A stretch of 64,000 nt of DNA from a virus, in IMG/VR virus record IMGVR_UViG_3300045988_147128, positions 1 through 64,000 of that record, one strand, 5' to 3'. The notes beneath the pieces are model-generated. The model searched no databases, was not told the DNA's origin, and worked only from the letters and a program-made list of their open reading frames with translations. A program made the position numbers and the translations under genes. The first letter of the stretch is position 1. Each line of letters starts with the position of its first letter. This document shows, in pieces, positions 40,380 through 51,678 of this stretch.

Positions 40380-40559
40380 AATTTATAGTATTTAATTGTT
40401 AAACATACGTGCATGAAGCACGTAACAAAGATCATGATTGTAGGGTGGAATACAGGTGTGTTTATTTCCTATAGAAGAGAAATATTTTCAGCAAAAACAG
40501 AAACAAAAAAAAATAGGTAGTGCTTTTTCATTCTTTTAAAACACTACCTGTAAATAAAC

Positions 40560-41444
40560 TTAAGCAAATTTGCCATATTTTAAAAATACATTTTTGAGTT
40601 TTCCTTTTATACCATTTAAGGTTACTTTATATCCGGCTCCTGTCATATAGATAGTTTGTTGATTGATTCTATCACCAGAATACTTATCTATGAAATAAGA
40701 TCTATACACTCCATACCCTTTAGCTACAACATTACTATATAGCTCCCATTTGCCAAGACCGTTCCTAAACATAAACTTGGCTTCTTCAAGAAATGAACGT
40801 AAATTCTTTTCAGCAATAATAATACCATTTTGCTCTAACTTTTTAGCAATATCACGAATCAGCCACATATTGTTATGGTCTACTTTTCTAAAAGACTCAG
40901 CAAATTCTACATCGGGCTTGTGTTCTTCTATTGTTTTCAAAGCTTGTTGCTTCTCTGCCTCTGCCTGCGACTTTTCGGCTATAGCTTTTTGAGCAGCTTC
41001 ATACTGATCAGCCCAGGCTCTTGCTGCATCTGCCGGATTAGAAAAGTCAGGGACCAAAATTCCCTTTCCACTGGAACTTGTTTTATATTCTCCTGTTTTA
41101 CGAATAGAAGGAAGAACCTCAGATGTTACCCATTTCTTAAATCTCTTAGCAGACTCTAATTTTGAAGATAATATAAGAGAATATAAACCAGATTCATTAA
41201 TTATTCTTATATTATCTATGTATCTGGTTTTCAATAGGGATTGATTCACGCCCCATTGATTATCAGATACTTGCAAAATTATAGAATCATCCACATCCAC
41301 ATGTCTTTTTATCGCATCTTTAGCATTTACATACCCAAGAGATTTAGCTACATCTGACGCCACAAACCAAACATCCCCTTTTGGGTCTACAATAATTCTA
41401 AGCTCTCCAAAATCAGAATTTTCAAAAACAGAAACTTTATCCAT
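40560..41444 (-). CDS. Bro-N domain protein (phage antirepressor-like)
   Basis: FENSDFGELRII...GDVWFVASDVAKSLGY resembles Bro-N. Confidence 0.65.
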   Translation of the reverse strand: MDKVSVFENSDFGELRIIVDPKGDVWFVASDVAKSLGYVNAKDAIKRHVDVDDSIILQVSDNQWGVNQSLLKTRYIDNIRIINESGLYSLILSSKLESAKRFKKWVTSEVLPSIRKTGEYKTSSSGKGILVPDFSNPADAARAWADQYEAAQKAIAEKSQAEAEKQQALKTIEEHKPDVEFAESFRKVDHNNMWLIRDIAKKLEQNGIIIAEKNLRSFLEEAKFMFRNGLGKWELYSNVVAKGYGVYRSYFIDKYSGDRINQQTIYMTGAGYKVTLNGIKGKLKNVFLKYGKFA

Positions 41445-41623
41445 AATAAAAAAAATAGGCCCAAAAGAGAATGTCAGATCCCACTATGACAAACCCTAAT
41501 GAGCCAAAAATATCTTTCAACATCAAACAACCAGAGGTGGGATCTCGTTGTTCATTGTTTCTGGAACAAAGATAGGAACAGGATCTTAAATAGCAAATAT
41601 TTTAATACTTTTTAAAACAAACC

Positions 41624-41649
41624 AGGGCCCGCATCACTGCGAGCCCTGA
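41624..41649 (-). terminator. GC-rich hairpin CAGGGCCCGCA/TGCGAGCCCTG (one mismatch), T-rich tail on minus strand
   Basis: seen directly inside a 700-bp non-coding region. Confidence 0.4.
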
Positions 41650-42152
41650 TCTACACTAATCTAAACTAATACCATGAAAAAACTTAAATCTAAAAACTAA
41701 AGAATACACAAATGTATGAAAATGTACGCTTTTCACAAAGAATCTGTATCCTATTCTTTTGTGTGATTCAAGACATGGGATATAGTTCTGATACTTAATC
41801 CGGTTTGATTTCGTATCAGATTATAAATATAGGATTTTGAAACTACAGTTCTTAATTGACCTAAATCATTCATAATGTCTTTATACATAAGATGAATGCT
41901 ATTGTTACGTTTGATGGTACTGATTCTCATTTCCTACCGTTATTAGTTACGTTCCGTTCTTACTTTTTCCCTTTTTCCATAATCCCTTCCTGAAACTAAT
42001 ATTGCAAACTTAATGAAAATAATCCAAAAACAACGAAAGTCTGACTTTTCTTGTATGTTGCTGATATACGTGCATATATAAGAAAAGTGAGACTTTCACA
42101 AGCCTCACTCCCAGAAGTGTAAATGTAAAAAACTAATTATATTACATGAAAA

Positions 42153-44432
42153 TTACCTACATTCTAATTTATTAAGATCACCTAATTCAGACTTGCTTAC
42201 AGTCATGTCTTGCGTCAGACCGGATCTGTTTTGGTATGGAGCGTAATCGGTTTCTACTGTCTTAGCCTTCTGAGTAGAATCGTATTTCACCTCCGATTCG
42301 GTCCCTGTCAGATTTTGGTAGATAGATCCGGAACTGCTCTCGCTTACTTTAGTCCAGATCTTGTTACCTACTCTTATAAAATTATCATAAATACCTTCGG
42401 CTGTTATAACACCATCTTGCTCTACGATATTAGGACCCGATTTTTCTTTTAACAAATACGGGTGCCTGGTGTAAAAATAGTGTTCAAAATCATTCCCGGC
42501 ATACGAAGAGTCATACCTCTCTAAATAAAACAATTTTGATAAAGAAGGGTCGGTGCTGGTCATGCTATAATCAAACAACATCAATCTGTCTTTTCCAGAT
42601 AAAGATAATTCTATTGATTTCAAAATATCAGGATCATCAGAAATAAGACCCAAAGATGGACCAGGTTTGAAGTCAAGATACTTATAGGCATTATCATATA
42701 ATTTTGTTTTATGGAGTTTGTTGTCAAGGTAAGATTGGTATAAATCGAATAAGGATAATGGGTTTTCGCTATCTTGTTTTTTGTTCATGTACCGACTAAA
42801 TTCCCGATCCACATCCGCGTAAGAAACATCAAGTACCGCCGGATGCCCAAACGCCATCCTGGTCATTACCATGTCCTCCGTGTTCTGAGAATCCATGAAC
42901 GATCTGACGTATTTTTTAATGGAATCCATGAGCGTATTATCATCTACGTTCCGTACTTTCTCTTTATCCAAAACGCCGTTCTTAAAACAAGATTCAGGAT
43001 ATATTTTAGCAGGAAAGTGAGTTAGGTCGTGCTTGGCTAACACTGTTGATATTTGATACATCTCGTTAAGATCATCTTTGCTGATCCTTTGATATAGATT
43101 ATCTCCTACCTTAAGCAATGAATGTTTCTCAAATGCCTCTACTGGGTCTATATCGGATTCAGAATAAACGATATTCAAATTATCCATATACTCCGGTAAT
43201 AATCCAAAATAATAATCTGTGCTATCACCAAGAACATCGTCTATAGAAGATGCCAGCGTAGGAGCATAATTCACATCATTGTGCCTGGCCACATAAATAT
43301 CAAGATCCAGCATCAAATTATCTATCTTATTCAAAGATTGTTCTGTGCCATCATAAGTTTCCGATGTCCCTATTATATCTATACCAAACCACGTACAAGC
43401 CTCTTCTATATCCCATATCATGCTTCTTAAATCAGATTCGGTGTCAGCGTTAGCCCTATTTAAATAAGCTGATATACGAGCTCTTAGAAATTCTATTTTA
43501 CCGGGATTATAATAAGACAGGTCTTGTAGCTTAGATAAAGATCTTTTCTTCCCTTCTACCACATCATCACCTTCTATGTTTATTACCGGTATCTTTTCCA
43601 TAGATGAAAACTCATCAAACATAGATTCAGCAAATTTTTTATCAGAAACAAATTTCTCGACCAGCTCAGGATACAGGTTCCTCAACGATTCAAAAGCAGA
43701 TGAAAATTCAGAAAAGTTTTTTATGCCGCCTACTGTTTTGCACATAGCCCAATAAAGCTCAGAAGGATTATATGGTACTTTTTTACCAAATTGGTTAAAC
43801 ACTCCCTCCTTGTAAACAATAGGACCATACTGATAGTCAATAGACATAAAATAATTATCTTTTTCCCTATCATGTTCGTTATTGGAATAATCCAATAACT
43901 TCCTCATGGATGTCGAAACTTCATTAAGAACAGAAGGGTCAGATAAGATTCTACTTATCTCTGTTTCATTATACAAGCCTGATCTTCTTAAATTCTGCTC
44001 ATTCAGTATCAAACTACCATCTACATAAAAATAATGAAGAATGATGTTGGATAATGATGGTGCCGTATAAACACCATAGGTAGATAAAAGAAAATCTCTT
44101 ACATCCTTAACATCCTGAGCCGTTAGAGGATCGGCAAAATAAGTTTGACGCTTCATATACGACAGTACGTCATCCAAAAGAGGTTCGCCATTGGAGTCTG
44201 TATTAAACATATCCCCAGGGGCAGGGTTATTCCAATGACCGTAATACGATAAAAAATCAGGAGTGTAAGCCTTCGCCCATACCTGAAGAGCCCGCTCGCT
44301 ATCTCCCAATACTTTTAATGCACTTTCATATAGAACGGAAGGCTCCCCGTTAGGAGCCTCAACCCGTTCTATTTTATTTCCCTTCTTTTCTATCTGACAT
44401 TTGACACCCATAGTGATAAATATTTTAGACAA
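42153..44432 (-). CDS. large (759 aa) hypothetical virion protein
   Basis: long ORF in structural block. Confidence 0.7.
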   Translation of the reverse strand: MSKIFITMGVKCQIEKKGNKIERVEAPNGEPSVLYESALKVLGDSERALQVWAKAYTPDFLSYYGHWNNPAPGDMFNTDSNGEPLLDDVLSYMKRQTYFADPLTAQDVKDVRDFLLSTYGVYTAPSLSNIILHYFYVDGSLILNEQNLRRSGLYNETEISRILSDPSVLNEVSTSMRKLLDYSNNEHDREKDNYFMSIDYQYGPIVYKEGVFNQFGKKVPYNPSELYWAMCKTVGGIKNFSEFSSAFESLRNLYPELVEKFVSDKKFAESMFDEFSSMEKIPVINIEGDDVVEGKKRSLSKLQDLSYYNPGKIEFLRARISAYLNRANADTESDLRSMIWDIEEACTWFGIDIIGTSETYDGTEQSLNKIDNLMLDLDIYVARHNDVNYAPTLASSIDDVLGDSTDYYFGLLPEYMDNLNIVYSESDIDPVEAFEKHSLLKVGDNLYQRISKDDLNEMYQISTVLAKHDLTHFPAKIYPESCFKNGVLDKEKVRNVDDNTLMDSIKKYVRSFMDSQNTEDMVMTRMAFGHPAVLDVSYADVDREFSRYMNKKQDSENPLSLFDLYQSYLDNKLHKTKLYDNAYKYLDFKPGPSLGLISDDPDILKSIELSLSGKDRLMLFDYSMTSTDPSLSKLFYLERYDSSYAGNDFEHYFYTRHPYLLKEKSGPNIVEQDGVITAEGIYDNFIRVGNKIWTKVSESSSGSIYQNLTGTESEVKYDSTQKAKTVETDYAPYQNRSGLTQDMTVSKSELGDLNKLECR

Positions 44433-44452
44433 AGATATTATAAAAATAGAAA

Positions 44453-45040
44453 TTATGAAACTTTTATTTCATAATGCGAAGCCTCTGTTTCAACTATCAA
44501 TCTTCCCTCTCCTTCGAACTCAACACTGTTATTTCCCGGACCAGTAACAAAAGGGAAATCAGATACGGATGTTACATAATCTCCAGAACCACCAGAAAAA
44601 GACTGACTTTTACTTTGTTTGTAATTGATAGTCAATTGTGTTTTACCTGGCTGAAGAGTTCCAGATAAATTTTTAGTATAAGTGGTGGTAGTCGTAATAT
44701 TCCCATTTTTATAGCAATACATTATAAAGGTAGTAACCGGACTCTTTTTAATATTACTATCTGGACCTTCATGATAAGATTCATTTCCTCCAAATATGCT
44801 ATTAATATGACAATAAGGACCAACTCTTTTATTTGAAGTTTTAGCCTTATTCTCTACTCCCTTCAAAGATATAGTAACCTTGCTCTTGTATTCAATATCC
44901 CTCCAGTTGCAAACTCCTTCACTTACGTTTCCAACAAATCTGTCATCAACATAAACCTCTATATCCCCCTGCTGATTGGTCTTCAACTGGTAAGAAACAA
45001 GACTTGAAGTATCTTCGTATCTCCTTCTCATACTCAACAC
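44453..45040 (-). CDS. beta-rich hypothetical structural protein
   Basis: ORF; start overlaps upstream gene. Confidence 0.55.
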   Translation of the reverse strand: MLSMRRRYEDTSSLVSYQLKTNQQGDIEVYVDDRFVGNVSEGVCNWRDIEYKSKVTISLKGVENKAKTSNKRVGPYCHINSIFGGNESYHEGPDSNIKKSPVTTFIMYCYKNGNITTTTTYTKNLSGTLQPGKTQLTINYKQSKSQSFSGGSGDYVTSVSDFPFVTGPGNNSVEFEGEGRLIVETEASHYEIKVS

Positions 45041-48000
45041 TCCTTATTTAACTCATTTATAGAATCTGAATTATCAGAATTTTTTACAAGATTCTTATTC
45101 CTGTCTATCTCTTCCTGACTCATGTTTCTTATCATGTTCTGTATTTCTCTTCCAGATTGTAATAAGGAACGTATAAATTCACTGGAACTTATTTTAACTC
45201 CAAGATCGGGTTTAGCCCTGAACGCCTCACCGGTGTTGATGTTGTACAAATCATACAAACCTGAGTTCATGTAGAATTTGTATATCCAGTTTCCACCAGC
45301 TTTTTTGTATCCTAATTTGGTTAGCTCAGTTACACTCATGCCAAATTTAATGCCATTACGAGCTATTATCTTCTCTGGTATAGATTCTACCTTAGCCGGA
45401 ACAGATGTATATGCTTCGTTACCGCCATACAAGAAATAAGGAGATGTTACCCTTGATATCGGAGGAAACACTTCTTCGGCTATATAAGGTTTATCTTTTA
45501 CAGCCTTAGACTCTTGCTTTGGATTGGATATTCTAATAAAAGGATTGTAAGTCATAAAGGTTAAACCGTATTCCACCTTATATCCCGACACGTTATTGAG
45601 GCTCCTTATAGCTTTAACTGTATGATTATGGGCAATAGTATCTATCCCATATCTGGATTCCATATCAGTCATGATATTATTAACCTCATCTCCTTCTACA
45701 TAAATCTCATCTCCTTCTTGAATAGAGGTTATGCCGGCAGCCCTTCTAAGTAACCATAAAGTAACTTCGGCAATATCAGAGAACTTATCTCCGTTCTTCC
45801 TATAGTTATCTACTCTTCCTTCTTCAGATCCAGGTAAATAGACATCTCCCTCAGCTTTGCCATCATCTCTGGGTTGTCCTTCGCTTTTTCCATCTCCCTT
45901 TTTATCGCCATCTTCCTCAGTGCGTACTGCACCGCCTTCTGCACTTCCTTCTTTCCCATCATTTAAAATATTATCTGATTCTGACTCTATAGACTCCACA
46001 ACAGCATCATACTCTGGAATGCCACTAAGGAAATCTGCTACGTTATTCAAAAACTCTATTTTTTCCTCGTTTGTCATATCAAGACTTTCCACGGGCCCCC
46101 ATATGGCAGGCAAGTTGTTTGATTCTATTGCAGTAGAAACATCTTCTACAGTTTGGTTATCCACCGTAGACAAAACTTCAGAAACCAAACTATTGATGTC
46201 AGATTCCATTTTTTCTACTTCCTCTTTTGTGCCATATTCTTTTAGGGTATCCATGCCATTGACTCTAAGAGAATAATTCAAAGCCTTGCTTGGAACAAAA
46301 TTAATATATTTCAAAAAGTTTTTCAACTCTGATATAATTTGTTCGTCAGATCTTGGACCAACATAATCCGCTACTACCTGATCCGTTTGAGAACGAAGCC
46401 AAGAAACATATTCTTCTAAGGTCTTACCTCCCTTTTTAGAAGGAGTGGATATTTTATCACCTACTGTTCCTTTAGGTTCTAATCCCATTTCCTCCTTAAG
46501 ACTTTTTGGATTACCTCTCTCACGAAGAAACCTCAAATCGCCTCCTACAATCTTCCTTGCTATAAAATCAAAAATATTAGCATAAGGCGGCAATCCTTCT
46601 TTTTCTATATGAGATTCTATTTCGTTTAACATAAGAGAGAAGTTTTTCCTGGAGGTACGCTTCTTGCCAGGTAAAGACTGCGCAGCTTGTGCCGCAGGAG
46701 CCGGCTGAGCTGGTGGCGCCGGCCGAGTCCCCCGGACAGGGTCTTCCTCTGGCATTTCCTCTTCGTAAATATCCACATCTTCCTTGGAAGTAACGGTCTT
46801 ACCCTCATCGGAGAAAGGGAGATCATCTTCTATAAGTGATTTAGGTCCGGAAGATGATTTACCAAACTGAATCCTGATCTTAGGAGCAACAAACATCTCA
46901 CCTTCGAAATCTATTCCAGATTCTACCTCAGACGTCACAATGTCTTTCACACTCCTACTTTCATCTTCTACCCACTTAACAACATCAGGAACCATAGATA
47001 ATTTTTCTATAGCCTCACGAGCTTTTCTAAGCCCTGAAATAGGATTCAAATACGATACTTGATACGAAGCTGGATCAAGACCTAACTTGGTTAGATACGC
47101 ATTAAGATCTTGTATGTCATCTTGACCCATCTGTAACAATTCAGAGTCACCGGATTCAAGCAGCATATCTATAAAAGAAATCCATTTCTTTCCTTCCTCT
47201 GATTCCACAGAACGTAGACTAACCGGGAAAAGATAATTAAGACCGTTTTTGCCTTTGATGACAACTACCGGAACTCTTACATTTTTGTAATTGTTTTTCT
47301 TATCGTTTAATATAGAATAAGCAAATGGGAATCCTGTGTATTTAGAACCGTTCTTAAGCACGACTTTGCCATTTAAGACATACCCCACATCAGATACTTT
47401 TTCAGCTCCTTTTTCGGTAATAGGGAGATTTTCTACCTGACCATATCCTTGACCGTTTACTCTCATGTTAAACACCGGTCTTCCAGGAAGGGTCTGGGCA
47501 ACAACATGCGTGCCGACGCCGATGGTAGCTGACCGGCCGGCGTCCTTCTTCCACTTGTTAAAAGCCGTTCTTCTTATTTTACTTATACCATCTATGCCCC
47601 CTGTGTCAGCTTTTACAACAGAAACGAATCTGTTTCCACTCATAACCTTGATAACCATATTGGATACCAGCTTATTTTCAGCAGATTCTATTCTTTTTTT
47701 ATCACCGGACTGAACAGCATCATTGTATTCGGCAAAAAGAGACTGATTATAGGTATCATTTGCATCTATCTCAAGATTAACCTTATCTCCTTTCTTCAAA
47801 GAAGATAATGCTTCCTGATCTATTTTATCTACTTCATTCTCTCCGAATCCAACACCTGTTCTGTACGGAACCAATTCGTCTGAATCAAGACGCTTATAAA
47901 CCAAAGAATATGAATTACCCACGTCCTGAATAGACACATCTGTGTAACGGTTAAGAACACGAGCCGATTCTTTGTCTATAGACCATCTTGCATGATAAGG

Positions 48001-51000
48001 CAATTCCATTATATTAGCTGTTTCTCCACCTATGTTAAGGGAATACCTTTTAGTGCCATTAGCGTTCGTTTCAGAACTTATTTGAATAGGAACCAATGAT
48101 TTTATCGAAGATACAAATTTGTCAGCTCTAAGACCTGCAATTTCATACCTTTCATTGCCATCATTGGATATTATTCTTACCATCAACGTCTCTGGATTCT
48201 GGGCACTATCTATGTTGGCTCCCGGCGTATTATCGGATTCGTCTAATTCATTTACAAGAGAATCTATATTAACATCATCTTCCCCAAAATTACTCAACGT
48301 AGATTCAGAGATACGACCTTTATCAATAATCCTGTTTTGTTCGATATAAGGAAGAAGATCCGTGATGTTTCCAACCTGGCCAAGATCTTCTATGGTAAAT
48401 ACCGAATCGGCAAGCTTATCTTCGTCAACTTTCTCCCCTTTGTCCCGTCTGTTCATTATATCCACATACGAAGAAATAGCATCATCAAGTTCCTGTCTTT
48501 GATCTGGTTCCAAATTTGATTTAGCCATATCAATAACGGTCTTGTTTTCCTCATACACAGATCTTGGACTTGTAAGCCTATCAGCCCTTTCGAATAATGA
48601 TTTTATGAGATTAATAGGACTGTCACCTAAAGACGACACATAATCATCAAAATCTTGTTTGTGTTTATCATACACATCTTTTTCCCTTGCAGTAAGAAGA
48701 TCAGCATTTCCTGTATATAATTTATCAATTATAGACTGCCTCACGACTGGAACCATAATAGGGTTATCCATAGCAGCTTCATAATCTTCATCCGATACAG
48801 ATTCCGTAAGCGGCGACTCTTTTATATTATCTTCCGCTTCCTTCACCCTATCTTCTCTTACTTTATCAAGTGCGTGCATAAATGCCTTGATAGTCCAAGC
48901 TTCGTCTTCCGAAATCTTACCTTCTGACATAGCCTGATCTACCACCTCGTCAGTATCATATTCACCAACTTTATTAGGCTCTGCAAAATCAGGAACCTTG
49001 TCATCCTCCTTATAAGGAGTAGACCATAAAGAAGACAACGCTTTTAAAAATCCTCTGTTTTCCTCGGCTAAGAATCTTTTATCAAGCATCTTAGACAAGA
49101 AGTTATTCATATTCCTATAGTCTATCAAACTCCTACGGTATTCATTTACCAAGGATCTCATGGCTTTATCTTTAGCTGTAAACTCCTTTTCTTGTCTTGA
49201 TTTTACATTGAAATAATCATCAAAAGCCACGAGCGTATCATAAGCCTCTATTACATCTTGTGAGCTTATAGGAGAAAGAGGTGATGATAAAACAGATTCG
49301 GTTTTACTTACCAACTCTTCTATCGAAAACTCTTTTCCTATTAACGTTGATAACTCAGACAACGAATTATTGTAATTGGTTCTAAGATCTTCCAATTCTT
49401 TGGTTTTTCGTTGTATAGATTCAGCTTGTGGGTCTTTTCCATCTACGTTACGAGGACGGGTGGCAAGATCTTCTATTTCGGATTCAAGTTCTTCTATCCT
49501 TGATCGTATGCCACGGATAGCCATCGCCCGCTCCCTCGCCCTGCCCGACAGCCGGGAGAACGTACTTAGCGCATCCGCCACGCGAGGCTGCCCCGAAAGC
49601 GTTTCTATGACAGAAGCTATGTCTTTCATCCTTGATTCTGATTGAAGGCCAAGGAAGGCATTACGAGCTACGTATTTTCTAAATTCGATCTTAGAGTCAT
49701 CACCTATAAGATCTTCGGCAAAACTCTGGGCAGATCTGAAATCAGAAAGACGATTGTTGTAATTATCAATAATAGAATCCTTGTATTTCTTTGCCTCTTC
49801 CAAAGACATTCCGTTAGCTTCGGCTATTTCTGAAATAGGCATCATATCAATCATCTGCCTGAAATTTTCAGCCGAATCCTCTAAGGTTCCCATTTGGTTG
49901 TCAATAGACATCTTTTCAAACATAGCATCATCAAGCTCCTTGCCGGTCATAGACTGAGCATCGGAACGAACTTGAGGCCCTAAACTCATTGACTTTTTCA
50001 ACGTATTCAAAGCCGCCGTATTAAGATTAGAAGATGCTTTGTTATATTCATTTACTTGCCTTTCCAGCAATATCCGACTATTACTATACTCTTTCACTCC
50101 AAAGAAGCCTTCCCTCATACCGAACAAAGAACCGATAATAGCACCGATTCCTATTTCAGTCCACCCTTCTTTAGATGTATATTGCTTTTTAAATCCTTCA
50201 GAAATAGCATCAAGAACATCGACGGCTCCGTTCATAGCCACATTGTCATATCTTGACTTAACATATTCTTCAGCCGTGTTCTGGACAGCACCTTGAGACC
50301 CTTCTTCCCATAAGCCTTCGGACACAGGTCTTTTCATGATATTGAAAACATTACCAGCTATCTTCTGTCCTATGTTAGGGTTGGTTATCTTAATAGCCAT
50401 CTCTCCTGGCTTTGTAACTTCCGTCCCTAATCCAAATAGATGCTTATTAAGTTTCTTTTCCAGTCCTGGTATAGCCTTTCCTCCTAATCCTATGTATTTA
50501 CCAAACAAGAGCCAGTTGGACAATCCTACTATACCCATATTAGCTGCAAATATCGCACTACCTACATCAGCATTAGAATTACGAAAAACAGCCATTTCCT
50601 CAGCATTAGGATCACGACCATAAATTTTACGATAATAATCCTTGAAGTCGGATTCGGATTGTTTCATAAAAGAATTTGCTTCAACCGATGACTCAAAGCC
50701 GGCACTGGTAGCCAACAACGTCATGGTCTTAGCAGCCTCTCCTACATTCCTCCCGGTAGCAACTCCTTTCCTTACATAGTCGTTAAACACACTTTTGAGA
50801 CTTCCTATACCTCTGTTGGCAGCTTGTCTTGCTGCCAGCTTAGCTCCGACTCTTCCACCTAATTTTGCGCCTATGTTACCTAATGAGCCAACTCCCAGTC
50901 CTCCGGTCATGTATGCTGATATCATGGCTCCTACGGTAAAAGACATTCCGTTGCCAAGGACGTCATTCCATAAAAAATTACCAGTATCCTTAAAAAGCTT

Positions 51001-51678
51001 CTGACCAAAATTGTAATCTTCTACTTCTTTCTTGTAATAATGTGGAAGAAGCATGTCTATTCGCTGATCAAGATCACCAACAAACTTATCCATGTTCGTA
51101 TTCAAAGCTGCCTTATAACTTCCCTCAGATGCCATATTAATAAGCTTGTCGGGTAATGATATAGTTCCCTGGGCCCCATACAATGCAGACTTTAAGGCAA
51201 ATTTACCTACACCATTCCAAAACTTACTCCAAACACTTTGCCTTCTGGCATAATAATCCTCATTATTTATACCTGGGATATAATTGGGATATTTTGTGCG
51301 CCATACCCCATCATTACCCATCTGATGACTTTCACGGATACTTACCTTTGGTCCATAGGGATTAAGAGGCGGCGGGGCGGGTGTAGCCCCCCTGTAGCTG
51401 TTGCGGGCCAGTGCCTCTGAGTAGCTGTTGCTTATCTCCTTGGCTATATACGGTTCTTCATACTGGGCAGCAGCTATCCTTGATGCATAATCTGGAAATT
51501 CAGGTTGAGCATACACGCCCTCTCCCGGCATATAATTAGGAACCAGAGGCGTTGTCGTCTCTGGTAATGTAGCCGGAGTGTAATTTTCTTCTTCGGCTAA
51601 TTTCCTTTGCCTTGCCACATCTTCGTAAGTGGTTTTAGCAGCAGGATTATATCTATTTACATTACTATCTGTTGCCAT
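45034..51678 (-). CDS. giant (2214 aa) virion/internal protein with Gly-rich hydrophobic N-terminal third and Pro/Ala linker
   Basis: uninterrupted 6.6-kb ORF; overlapping starts and stops with neighbours. Confidence 0.8.
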   Translation of the reverse strand: MATDSNVNRYNPAAKTTYEDVARQRKLAEEENYTPATLPETTTPLVPNYMPGEGVYAQPEFPDYASRIAAAQYEEPYIAKEISNSYSEALARNSYRGATPAPPPLNPYGPKVSIRESHQMGNDGVWRTKYPNYIPGINNEDYYARRQSVWSKFWNGVGKFALKSALYGAQGTISLPDKLINMASEGSYKAALNTNMDKFVGDLDQRIDMLLPHYYKKEVEDYNFGQKLFKDTGNFLWNDVLGNGMSFTVGAMISAYMTGGLGVGSLGNIGAKLGGRVGAKLAARQAANRGIGSLKSVFNDYVRKGVATGRNVGEAAKTMTLLATSAGFESSVEANSFMKQSESDFKDYYRKIYGRDPNAEEMAVFRNSNADVGSAIFAANMGIVGLSNWLLFGKYIGLGGKAIPGLEKKLNKHLFGLGTEVTKPGEMAIKITNPNIGQKIAGNVFNIMKRPVSEGLWEEGSQGAVQNTAEEYVKSRYDNVAMNGAVDVLDAISEGFKKQYTSKEGWTEIGIGAIIGSLFGMREGFFGVKEYSNSRILLERQVNEYNKASSNLNTAALNTLKKSMSLGPQVRSDAQSMTGKELDDAMFEKMSIDNQMGTLEDSAENFRQMIDMMPISEIAEANGMSLEEAKKYKDSIIDNYNNRLSDFRSAQSFAEDLIGDDSKIEFRKYVARNAFLGLQSESRMKDIASVIETLSGQPRVADALSTFSRLSGRARERAMAIRGIRSRIEELESEIEDLATRPRNVDGKDPQAESIQRKTKELEDLRTNYNNSLSELSTLIGKEFSIEELVSKTESVLSSPLSPISSQDVIEAYDTLVAFDDYFNVKSRQEKEFTAKDKAMRSLVNEYRRSLIDYRNMNNFLSKMLDKRFLAEENRGFLKALSSLWSTPYKEDDKVPDFAEPNKVGEYDTDEVVDQAMSEGKISEDEAWTIKAFMHALDKVREDRVKEAEDNIKESPLTESVSDEDYEAAMDNPIMVPVVRQSIIDKLYTGNADLLTAREKDVYDKHKQDFDDYVSSLGDSPINLIKSLFERADRLTSPRSVYEENKTVIDMAKSNLEPDQRQELDDAISSYVDIMNRRDKGEKVDEDKLADSVFTIEDLGQVGNITDLLPYIEQNRIIDKGRISESTLSNFGEDDVNIDSLVNELDESDNTPGANIDSAQNPETLMVRIISNDGNERYEIAGLRADKFVSSIKSLVPIQISSETNANGTKRYSLNIGGETANIMELPYHARWSIDKESARVLNRYTDVSIQDVGNSYSLVYKRLDSDELVPYRTGVGFGENEVDKIDQEALSSLKKGDKVNLEIDANDTYNQSLFAEYNDAVQSGDKKRIESAENKLVSNMVIKVMSGNRFVSVVKADTGGIDGISKIRRTAFNKWKKDAGRSATIGVGTHVVAQTLPGRPVFNMRVNGQGYGQVENLPITEKGAEKVSDVGYVLNGKVVLKNGSKYTGFPFAYSILNDKKNNYKNVRVPVVVIKGKNGLNYLFPVSLRSVESEEGKKWISFIDMLLESGDSELLQMGQDDIQDLNAYLTKLGLDPASYQVSYLNPISGLRKAREAIEKLSMVPDVVKWVEDESRSVKDIVTSEVESGIDFEGEMFVAPKIRIQFGKSSSGPKSLIEDDLPFSDEGKTVTSKEDVDIYEEEMPEEDPVRGTRPAPPAQPAPAAQAAQSLPGKKRTSRKNFSLMLNEIESHIEKEGLPPYANIFDFIARKIVGGDLRFLRERGNPKSLKEEMGLEPKGTVGDKISTPSKKGGKTLEEYVSWLRSQTDQVVADYVGPRSDEQIISELKNFLKYINFVPSKALNYSLRVNGMDTLKEYGTKEEVEKMESDINSLVSEVLSTVDNQTVEDVSTAIESNNLPAIWGPVESLDMTNEEKIEFLNNVADFLSGIPEYDAVVESIESESDNILNDGKEGSAEGGAVRTEEDGDKKGDGKSEGQPRDDGKAEGDVYLPGSEEGRVDNYRKNGDKFSDIAEVTLWLLRRAAGITSIQEGDEIYVEGDEVNNIMTDMESRYGIDTIAHNHTVKAIRSLNNVSGYKVEYGLTFMTYNPFIRISNPKQESKAVKDKPYIAEEVFPPISRVTSPYFLYGGNEAYTSVPAKVESIPEKIIARNGIKFGMSVTELTKLGYKKAGGNWIYKFYMNSGLYDLYNINTGEAFRAKPDLGVKISSSEFIRSLLQSGREIQNMIRNMSQEEIDRNKNLVKNSDNSDSINELNKEC

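Noticed and set aside
30547-51678. Giant ORFs as crAss-like virion RNA polymerase
   Set aside because: I could not find DxDGD double-psi beta-barrel signatures by eye, and the genome uses strong SD sites unlike Bacteroidota phages. Not called RNAP.
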